39,332 bases of DNA from a virus (Duplodnaviria > Caudoviricetes). Numbering within the stretch: position 1 is the stretch's first letter; every line of letters starts with the position of its first letter. The notes beneath the pieces are model-generated. The model searched no databases, was not told the origin of the DNA, and worked only from the letters and a program-made list of their open reading frames with translations. This document shows, in pieces, positions 6,811-14,125 of the stretch. The translations under genes were made by a program, and so were the position numbers. The DNA is taken from IMG/VR virus record IMGVR_UViG_3300024518_002718, positions 1-39,332 of that record; one strand, given 5' to 3'.

Positions 6811-7013
6811 CCAAACTCAGCCCCGAGGCGCAGGCAACGTTTAACGCACTGCCGCCCAATGGCACACAAATCAGCATCCGCGAAATCACCCGGCAAACCG
6901 GATACAGCGAAACCGACACCCGCACATACCTCGCACACCTCATCAATCGCGGCGAAGTCACGGGCTACCGCGTCCGCTGGGGCCGCGCACCAATCACAGG
7001 AACACCGACATGA
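6807..7013 (+). CDS. Small winged-helix-like protein
   Basis: ISIREITRQTGYSETDTRTYLAHLINRGEV; RBS GGAG; coupled. Confidence 0.65.
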   Translation: MTKLSPEAQATFNALPPNGTQISIREITRQTGYSETDTRTYLAHLINRGEVTGYRVRWGRAPITGTPT

Positions 7014-7270
7014 ACAGATCCGAAATTCTCGACACCGCAAAGCAGGCCGTAACCAAAGACCGCGCTGCAACGCACGGCGACCCAGAACGCAATTTCGCGC
7101 TGATCGGAAATATCTGGGGGGATCTGCTTGGGCGGGACGTCACCCCCGCCCAAGTCGCGCTTATGCTGGCATCGCTCAAAATTGCCCGCGCATGGGATAA
7201 CCCCGGACATGCCGACAACTGGGTGGATCTGGCGGGATATGCCGCGTGCGGTGGGGAGGTGGCCGAATGA
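7010..7270 (+). CDS. DUF6378-like phage protein
   Basis: DRAATHGDPERNF..I...W......QVALM...LKIAR......DNWVDLAGYAA. Confidence 0.88.
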   Translation: MNRSEILDTAKQAVTKDRAATHGDPERNFALIGNIWGDLLGRDVTPAQVALMLASLKIARAWDNPGHADNWVDLAGYAACGGEVAE

Positions 7271-7914
7271 TCAAAAAAGAAGAACGCATTGGTGACTGCC
7301 GATTGATCTTAGGCGATTGCCTTGAGGTCATGCCGACACTTGGCGCATTCGACGCAGTGGTGACCGACCCGCCTTATGGGATAGGCATTACCAAGTCAAA
7401 CCGCCTTGCGGTTTCCCGTGGGCTTGGCGGCAAGTCATGGGACGACGAAGCGCCAGACCTTTCCTGTCTGCCAAGTGTTCCAAGCATTGTTTGGGGTGGA
7501 AACTATTTTGACCTTCCACCAACTCGCTGCGTTTTGGTCTGGGATAAAAACAATGCTGGCCGTGATTTTGCGGATTTTGAAATGGCATGGACGAACTTAG
7601 ATCAAGTTGCGCGCCGGATGGTCTTGCGTCCGATGAACATGGATGGCGGCAAACAACACCCCACGCAAAAACCCGTCGCGCTGATGAAATGGTGCTTGGG
7701 CTTTCTTCCTGACGCTGAAACTATCCTCGACCCTTTCATGGGTAGCGGAACAACGCTCGTGGCCTGCGCCAAGCTGGGCCGCTGCGGGACCGGCATCGAA
7801 CTGGACCCGGACTACTTTGAAATAGCGTGCAGGCGCGTGGAAGAAGCATACCGCCAGCCGGATATGTTCGTGCAGCCGCCCAAAACGGCAACTCAGGGAG
7901 GGCTTGACCTATGA
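7267..7914 (+). CDS. N6-adenine/N4-cytosine DNA methyltransferase (beta class)
   Basis: TDPPYG, HPTQKP, LDPFMGSGTT. Confidence 0.95.
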   Translation: MIKKEERIGDCRLILGDCLEVMPTLGAFDAVVTDPPYGIGITKSNRLAVSRGLGGKSWDDEAPDLSCLPSVPSIVWGGNYFDLPPTRCVLVWDKNNAGRDFADFEMAWTNLDQVARRMVLRPMNMDGGKQHPTQKPVALMKWCLGFLPDAETILDPFMGSGTTLVACAKLGRCGTGIELDPDYFEIACRRVEEAYRQPDMFVQPPKTATQGGLDL

Positions 7915-8366
7915 TCTGCAATGGCAACGAACTGTTGATCGAACAGCCGCTGTCCCCCATGCTCAACACCAAGGAACGCGCGCATGGCGTATCCTATGGC
8001 ATGTCAGAGGCGGGCTACGATATTCGCATAGCGCAATCAGTGACGTTGCACCCGTTCCGGCGGTTTGCTCTGGCATCTGCAATCGAGCGGTTTCATATGC
8101 CCGAAAGCCTAGTAGGCATCGTGCATGATAAATCAACATGGGCAAGGCGGGGATTGAGCGTTTTCAACACGGTTATTGAGCCGGGATGGATAGGCTTCCT
8201 GACCCTCGAACTGATCTACCATGGATGGCGACCAATTCGCATCCCGGCAGGCGCGGGTATCGCCCAAGTCATTTTTCACGAGACATGCGAAAATGCGGCC
8301 TACGGCGGCAAATACCAAAACCAAGGCGCAGGACCGCAGAAAGCGATACTGGAGGTTGACTCATGA
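7911..8366 (+). CDS. dcd: dCTP deaminase/dUTPase-family protein
   Basis: SYGMSEAGYDIR, DKSTWARRGL, IEPGW.G.LTLE, GIAQVIF, YGGKYQNQ. Confidence 0.9.
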   Translation: MICNGNELLIEQPLSPMLNTKERAHGVSYGMSEAGYDIRIAQSVTLHPFRRFALASAIERFHMPESLVGIVHDKSTWARRGLSVFNTVIEPGWIGFLTLELIYHGWRPIRIPAGAGIAQVIFHETCENAAYGGKYQNQGAGPQKAILEVDS

Positions 8367-8695
8367 TCCGCAGACTATTTCGGAGGCTCAAAAAAGCGCC
8401 CCAAAAGGCCGATCTTGTTCCTGTAGTTTTTGCAAATGGAGTTGATGACGACAGCTATGGAATCGCTGAATACCTTTCAGGCGGTCGTGTGTTCTATTTG
8501 GATAGGATCTACTCTCGCAAAAACACCCTGCTGATCCGTGGCCGAAAGCTGCGTTTGAAACGGGGCGTTATCATAAAAACCTCACAGGGTCATATCGACT
8601 TGGCGTCTAGCGATGACCCCCTGCGCCCTGTCGTGGTTTCTGGCCCGAAGATGATTTTAGATCACTGTGAAATAGATGTGAGGGCTGCCCCGTGA
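8363..8695 (+). CDS. Hypothetical protein
   Basis: 110-aa ORF, RBS GGAGG, ATGA-coupled. Confidence 0.6.
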   Translation: MIRRLFRRLKKAPQKADLVPVVFANGVDDDSYGIAEYLSGGRVFYLDRIYSRKNTLLIRGRKLRLKRGVIIKTSQGHIDLASSDDPLRPVVVSGPKMILDHCEIDVRAAP

Positions 8696-8720
8696 ATGAA
8701 ACGCAGAAAGCGATACTGGA

Positions 8721-9239
8721 ATGATTGCCCCCCTCTACGCTTGCGCCGCTCAAACAGGCCGGGAGCGCTCCGTGCAGGCCGATCTTGCCGCCATTGGCAT
8801 ATGGGCATGGGTTCCCGAGATTGTGCGTCCTGTGCGACCAAAAGGCGGCGGCGTGGTGGCGTCGTCAAAACCGATCTGGCCCGGTTATGTGTTCGCGCGG
8901 CTAGATCCTGCCATGTTTTTCGAGGTGCGCAACGTCAGATACCTGCACCATACAAAGCTGACCCTATCAGCGCAGGCTGAGGGGCAGCTACTGCGGCAAC
9001 GCGACGAGATTGACGCGATGAATGAGCGCACGAAGCGCGAGATAGAGGCGGGGGAGCGTGTCACGGACTGGCAGGCAGGCACCCGCCTGGAGTTGATAGA
9101 CGGCCCACTGCGGGACAGGCTGGCGACATTCGCGCGCATCATTCACAAAAGCGGGCGGGTCGGATACCGCCTGCAAATCGAGGTGGACGGGATGGCTCTG
9201 CCGGTCGAGGTCAGCCCGGCGGATGTGAGGCAGGCCTAG
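8721..9239 (+). CDS. NusG-paralogue transcription antiterminator (NGN + KOW)
   Basis: PIWPGYVFARL and G.RLELIDGPL; last early gene, where lambda has Q. Confidence 0.85.
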   Translation: MIAPLYACAAQTGRERSVQADLAAIGIWAWVPEIVRPVRPKGGGVVASSKPIWPGYVFARLDPAMFFEVRNVRYLHHTKLTLSAQAEGQLLRQRDEIDAMNERTKREIEAGERVTDWQAGTRLELIDGPLRDRLATFARIIHKSGRVGYRLQIEVDGMALPVEVSPADVRQA

Positions 9240-9242
9240 ATA

Positions 9243-9271
9243 TTGCGTCAACCCGCCAGATATGGTACGGC
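9243..9271 (+). promoter_or_regulatory. Putative late promoter
   Basis: TTGCGT-N17-TACGGC with upstream TG, directly after the NusG-like gene. Confidence 0.45.
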
Positions 9272-9293
9272 TGAGGTGCGTCAATGCCTGAAT

Positions 9294-9408
9294 TAGCTTT
9301 CGGGGGCGCGCACACCACCGGCCCCGCGTTAGCGAACAGCGGAAAGGGCCGGTGCTACTGCATTCTCACAGCAAGAGGCGAACACCCCGAAAGGGACTCG
9401 ACTAGCTA
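9294..9408 (+). promoter_or_regulatory. Structured late-operon leader
   Basis: CTTTCGGGG(9297-9305)/CCCCGAAAG(9385-93) encloses CACCGGCCC(9316-24)/GGGCCGGTG(9346-54). Confidence 0.6.
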
Positions 9409-9704
9409 TGGTTAAAAAAACAAATCAAAACGTGATCGGCAAAGGCAAGCCCGGGCCTGGACGCCCAAAAGGCACGGTCAACAAGAGAACGGCACTGCTG
9501 AAGGATAGCATCCTGCAAGCCGCCGCAGAGGCGCACGAAGGCGGTATGGTCGGATACCTGACCGAGCAGGCCAAGGACAACCCCACGGCATTCCTGACGC
9601 TTCTTGGCAAAGTCCTGCCCATGGATGTGACAAGCGGCGGCGAGAAAATCGCAATGCCAACAACGATCCTCCTAGAAGCTGCGATTGACAGCCGCGCGGA
9701 TTAA
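9408..9704 (+). CDS. terS: Terminase small subunit
   Basis: GPGRPKGTVNKRT..LKDSIL.A......GGMVGYL..QA..NP.AF.TLLGKVLP; upstream of terL. Confidence 0.8.
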   Translation: MVKKTNQNVIGKGKPGPGRPKGTVNKRTALLKDSILQAAAEAHEGGMVGYLTEQAKDNPTAFLTLLGKVLPMDVTSGGEKIAMPTTILLEAAIDSRAD

Positions 9705-9732
9705 GCTGCGTTACCGTGTAGCTTTTGGATAG
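9685..9732 (+). pseudogene. Probable vestigial original TerL N-terminus (TTG-TAARIKL...)
   Basis: Overlaps the terS end as a coupled terL start would; aligns with TAHVEL of the replacement N-terminus; stops after 15 codons. Confidence 0.45.
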
Positions 9733-9758
9733 ACCAAAGCATAAAGGAATAGTAGAAT
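9730..9758 (+). promoter_or_regulatory. Putative promoter of the HNH gene
   Basis: TAGACC-N17-TAGAAT in an AT-rich patch. Confidence 0.5.
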
Positions 9759-9786
9759 CAACCTCATGCAATTGAGGGTGAAAACG

Positions 9787-10485
9787 ATGAAAACTATTCG
9801 GACGGAACAGCAGGACGGGCTAAAGCGGAACCGTCCAATCAAGGATTGGAGCGGAACTAGGTTCGGTCGTTTGACGGCGCTTTCTCTGGTTGAGAGGGAT
9901 GTGAAGTATCGGAACCACAAGTGGCTTTTCCGATGCGACTGCGGAATTGAGAAGGTGGTTCCGATCAGATTGGTGGTAACGGGACATGCAGCCTCTTGCG
10001 GCTGTCTGGCATCTGAGGCTCTGGCGGAGCGCAATAGAACGCACGGGCTGACCCGCTCGAACCCAAAGGAATATCGCTCATGGAAGGACATGCGCGGTCG
10101 CTGCAACAATCCGAATGACGCGAGCTACAAAGACTACGGCGGTCGCGGTATCAGGGTTTGCCGTGAGTGGGACGACTTCTCGGTGTTTCTGAGAGACATG
10201 GGGCTGAGACCAGACGGAAAGACGTTGGATCGCATAGATGTAAATGGCGATTACCAGCGTGAAAACTGCCGTTGGGCTGGCCACAAGGAACAAGCGCGCA
10301 ACAAAAGAAACAACGTCAATATCGAAATCGACGGCGTAACCAAGACGCTGGCCGAGTGGTGCGTGATCTACAAAACAGATTCCTCCAAAGTCAGGTATCG
10401 CCTCGACCACGGGTGGAGCGTCAAGGGTGCATTTACTGATGGCCGATACCAAAGAAGTAACCGCGCATGTGGAGCTACCGCGTAA
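9787..10485 (+). mobile_element. Free-standing HNH homing endonuclease between terS and terL
   Basis: GTRFGRLT, CDCG...SCGC, YGGRGIRVC..W, TLDRIDVNG.Y...NCRW...EQARN; 3' end overlaps the terL start. Confidence 0.88.
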
Positions 10486-11749
10486 ACTAGTCTCAGTGTT
10501 TTCTGGGAGGGCACGATACCGCGCCGCTTATGGAGGGCGCGGTTCGTAGCCGGGTAAAACCAGATCATTCGCCAAGATGACGGCGGTCAAAGGCTATCAG
10601 TGGGGCGCGGCGGGCCATGAGGGGCAGATCCTCTGCGCACGCGAATTCATGAACAGCCTGGACGAATCCAGCCTTGAGGAAATCAAGGCTGCCATCCGGT
10701 CAGAGCCTTGGCTGAATGCCTACTACGAGATTGGCGAAAAGTTCATTCGCAGTGTGGATGGCCGGATAAAATACACATTCAGCGGGCTGCGCCACAATCT
10801 CGACAGCATCAAATCGAAAGCGCGGATCTTGCTGTGCTGGGTTGATGAGGCCGAACCAGTGACGGAAGAGGCATGGCGCAAGCTGGTGCCGACGATCCGC
10901 GAGGAAGGCTCAGAAATCTGGGTGACATGGAACCCGGAGCGCAAGAACAGCCCGACGCACAAGCGGTTCCGAGAGACACCCCCAGACGGCGCAAAAATCG
11001 TGGAACTGAACTGGCGGGACAATCCTTGGTTTCCCGAGGTTCTTGACCTTGAGCGCAAAGGGGACATGAAAGCGCGCCCCGACCATTACCCCCATGTCTG
11101 GGAAGGCGATTTTGTTACAGTCGTGGATGGCGCCTATTTTGCAGAGGGGTTGACACAAGCCCGATCTGAGGGGCGTGTGGGCCGGGTGGCCGCAGATCCT
11201 CTCATGACGACGCGGGCGGTCTGGGATATTGGCGGGACGGGCGCAAAGGCCGACGCCTGCGCAATCTGGATTGTGCAATATGTGGGCCGCGAAATCCGCT
11301 TTCTGAATTATTACGAGGCTGTCGGGCAACCCCTTGCAACACACGTTCAATGGCTGCGCTCAAATGGGTACGACAAAGCGCTTTGCGTTCTGCCTCATGA
11401 CGGGGCGACGAACGACCGGGTGCATGACGTGTCATACGAAAGCGCACTGAGGGCGGCGGGGTTTGAGGTTCAGGTTGTTCCGAACCAGGGCAAGGGCGCG
11501 GCAATGGCGCGAGTCGAACAGGCGCGGCGGTTGTTCCCCAGCATGTGGTTCAACGAGGCGACAACGGCGGGCGGCTTGGATGCTGTCGGCTGGTATCACG
11601 AGAAACGAGACGATGAGCGCGGCATAGGCCTAGGCCCCAATCACGACTGGTCTAGTCACGGCGCAGACGCCTTCGGGCTGGTGGCTGTCGCCTATGAAGC
11701 GCCAAGCGAAGCGAAAATTCCCGATTTCAAGGCTAGGAGCGTCTTTTGA
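10439..11749 (+). CDS. terL: Terminase large subunit (PBSX/Terminase_3-like), Walker A interrupted by in-frame TAG CCG at 10547-10552
   Basis: MADTKEVTAHVELPRKLVSVFSGRARYRAAYGGRGS*PGKTRSFAKM is in frame with 10577-11749 (CAREF, Walker B WVDEAE, TWNP, nuclease WDIG...SHGADAF). Confidence 0.9.
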
Positions 11750-13881
11750 CCTCTATCAAAACCGTCGCGGCAATGATCCGGGACGCAGAACAGCACGCAG
11801 ATGATACGGCCAAGGATCGCACGCTTGCCGATGAGTATTATCGCGGCGTCATGTCGGACCTGCCAGCGGACCAGTACCGTTCCCAGGCGATGAGTCGGGA
11901 CGTGCGCGTGCATATCAAGCGCGCGCTGCCGTCTATCATGCGCACCATTTTTGGCAGCGACGAGGTGGTTGAATTCCTGCCCATGGGCGAAGGGGATGAG
12001 GAAGCGGCGGAACAGGCCAGCGATTTTATCAACTACGTTGTGTTCCCCGAGTCTGACGGGCGCAAGGCGGTCTATGACGCCATCCACGACGCGCTGCTGC
12101 ATCGCAATGGCATTCTGCGCTGGTGGCACGATGAGCGGCGCTGTGCGTCATTCTCAAGCCACACCGGGTTGTCTCAGCAGGAACTCGACGTTCTGGCGGG
12201 CGACGATGGCGCGGAGGTGGTCGAGGCGACCGAGCGCATGGAGGCGATTGACGCCCCGGATGGCTCTGGCCAGATCGAAATTCCGGTCTTTGATGTCAAA
12301 ATCAAGCGGATCATCACCAAGCGGGAATACAAGATCGCGGCAGTCCCGCGCGAGCGGTTCCTGATCCACTCTGAGGCCACAAGCATCGAGGACAGCCTGC
12401 TGACCGGGGAACGCACACCCATGCGCCGCTCTGACCTTGTGGCGATGGGCTATGACCGCGACATGGTGATGAGCCTGCAACTGTCTGGAGATGACGACGA
12501 CGAGCAGGACGCGCGGCGCGACAACGCACGGGATGCGCAGGAGTCTGACCCGGCAAACGATGAGATCGACTATTTCGAGGTGTTTGTTCGCGTCGATATG
12601 GATGGCGACGGCATCGCGGAACTGCGGCGCATGTGCTTTGCCGGGGCACTGACCGAGGACAACCTGCTGGTTGACGAAGAGTGCGATGAAATCCAATTCA
12701 CCGATCTGACTGCCATGCAGCAGCCCCACCAGTGGGAAGGCATTTCACTCTTCGATGATCTGAAAGACATTCAGCAGGTCAAGACCGCGCTGCGCCGCCA
12801 GACGCTGGATAACATCTACTGGCAAAACAACATGCAGCCGATTGTCCAGATGGGGCGCGTGCAAAACCCGGACGCGGTGATGAACCCGCAATTCGGTCAG
12901 CCCATTGTCCTGAAGGACGGGGCGAGCGCCAGGGAAGCAATCCAATGGAACCCGGTTCCTTTTGTCGGCGCGCAATCATTTGCCATGATGGAATACATCG
13001 ACCAAGAGGGGCAGGACCGCACAGGTATCTCCGACGCTTCGGCGGGTTTGGCCCCTGACGCGCTGCAAAACATGACTGCCAAAGCATCTGCCATGATTGA
13101 ACAGGCTGGAATCGGTCAGGTGGAAATGATGGTGCGGACAATCGCGGAGGGTCTGCGGCGGTTCTATCGCGGCCTGCTGCGTCTGGTCATCCGCCACCAG
13201 GACAAGCCCCGCACGGTGCGTTTGCGCAAAAAGTGGGTGCAATTTGACCCCCGTCATTGGAACGCGGAAATGGACGCGACCGTGAATGTCGGGCTTGGCG
13301 CTGGCACCCGTGAACGCGATATGCAGGTCATGCAATTCGTGATGAATTTGCAGGAAAAGCTGCTTGCGGCATTCGGGCCTGACAATCCCTATGTGAAGCC
13401 CGACCAGCTTTACAACGCACTAGCCAAGACGGTCGAAAGCGCAGGCCTCAAAACGCCATCGCTGTTTTTCACAGAACCGGACATGCAGGAAGTCGCGCAA
13501 AAGATACAGGCGGCGCAAAATCAGCCAAACCCGGAGGCCGAACGTCTCAAGGGTGAGATGCAGCTAAAGCAGGCTGACATGCAGATGAAAATGCAGCTTG
13601 AGCAAGCAAAAATGCAAGCATCGCAGGCCAAGGAAAAAGCCCAGATGGAGGCGGATCTGATGGTTCGCCAGAAGGAAATCGAGGCCAGCAGTATTGCTCA
13701 GCGTGAAAAGCTGCAAAGCGATGCCGCATTGCAGGAACAGCGGCTGGCGTTTGAGCGTGAAAAGCTGGCCACGGATGTGCAGTTGCAGCGCGAAAAGATG
13801 CAGCAGGAATTAGCCGACGCATTCGCCAAGGCGCAGGCCGACATGGCCAGAAACGGAGTGCAAAATGCCCGGACAGTTTAA
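11746..13881 (+). CDS. Portal protein (P22/SU10-like)
   Basis: 711 aa after terL; FLPMGEGDEEAAEQASDFINYV, DALLHRNG, C-terminal Q-rich coiled coil. Confidence 0.9.
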   Translation: MTSIKTVAAMIRDAEQHADDTAKDRTLADEYYRGVMSDLPADQYRSQAMSRDVRVHIKRALPSIMRTIFGSDEVVEFLPMGEGDEEAAEQASDFINYVVFPESDGRKAVYDAIHDALLHRNGILRWWHDERRCASFSSHTGLSQQELDVLAGDDGAEVVEATERMEAIDAPDGSGQIEIPVFDVKIKRIITKREYKIAAVPRERFLIHSEATSIEDSLLTGERTPMRRSDLVAMGYDRDMVMSLQLSGDDDDEQDARRDNARDAQESDPANDEIDYFEVFVRVDMDGDGIAELRRMCFAGALTEDNLLVDEECDEIQFTDLTAMQQPHQWEGISLFDDLKDIQQVKTALRRQTLDNIYWQNNMQPIVQMGRVQNPDAVMNPQFGQPIVLKDGASAREAIQWNPVPFVGAQSFAMMEYIDQEGQDRTGISDASAGLAPDALQNMTAKASAMIEQAGIGQVEMMVRTIAEGLRRFYRGLLRLVIRHQDKPRTVRLRKKWVQFDPRHWNAEMDATVNVGLGAGTRERDMQVMQFVMNLQEKLLAAFGPDNPYVKPDQLYNALAKTVESAGLKTPSLFFTEPDMQEVAQKIQAAQNQPNPEAERLKGEMQLKQADMQMKMQLEQAKMQASQAKEKAQMEADLMVRQKEIEASSIAQREKLQSDAALQEQRLAFEREKLATDVQLQREKMQQELADAFAKAQADMARNGVQNARTV

Positions 13882-14125
13882 CGATGTGCGCAATATCACA
13901 ATGTCTGCGGTGGGTGCCTACGCGGTCACCCCCAACGACAGTACCGATCTGACGCAGCCTTGCCGCAGCGTGACCCTGAATGCAGGCGGGACGCTTTCGT
14001 TCGTCTCATCCGTTGACGGTGCGACATATACCACCGGTGCGCTGCCTGCCGGATCTTATCCGGTGCTTGCATCTCGCATCCGCTCAACGGGCACCACTGC
14101 CACGGGGATTACCGCGTGGATCTGA
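13865..14125 (+). CDS. Head spike base protein (RcGTA Rcc01079-like)
   Basis: AVTPNDSTDL....R.......G.L.....DG...........PV...RIRSTGTTATGI. Confidence 0.75.
   Translation: MPGQFNDVRNITMSAVGAYAVTPNDSTDLTQPCRSVTLNAGGTLSFVSSVDGATYTTGALPAGSYPVLASRIRSTGTTATGITAWI

Noticed and set aside
10547-10549. Genome-wide amber (TAG) reassignment as the explanation for the terL stop
   Set aside because: TAG ends apparently complete genes (3115, 9239, 23573), no suppressor tRNA is visible, and readthrough would leave two extra residues in the P-loop
9705-10552. Group I intron or intein in terL carrying the HNH
   Set aside because: No recognisable group I core elements or room for them outside the ORF, no intein splice-junction residues, and the TerL N-terminal codons lie inside the would-be intron; RT-PCR would settle it
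10545-10552. The inserted hexamer TAGCCG equals the repeat unit of the 81-338 array
   Set aside because: Only 6-8 nt of identity, expected by chance in GC-rich DNA; kept only as a reason to verify the insert in raw reads
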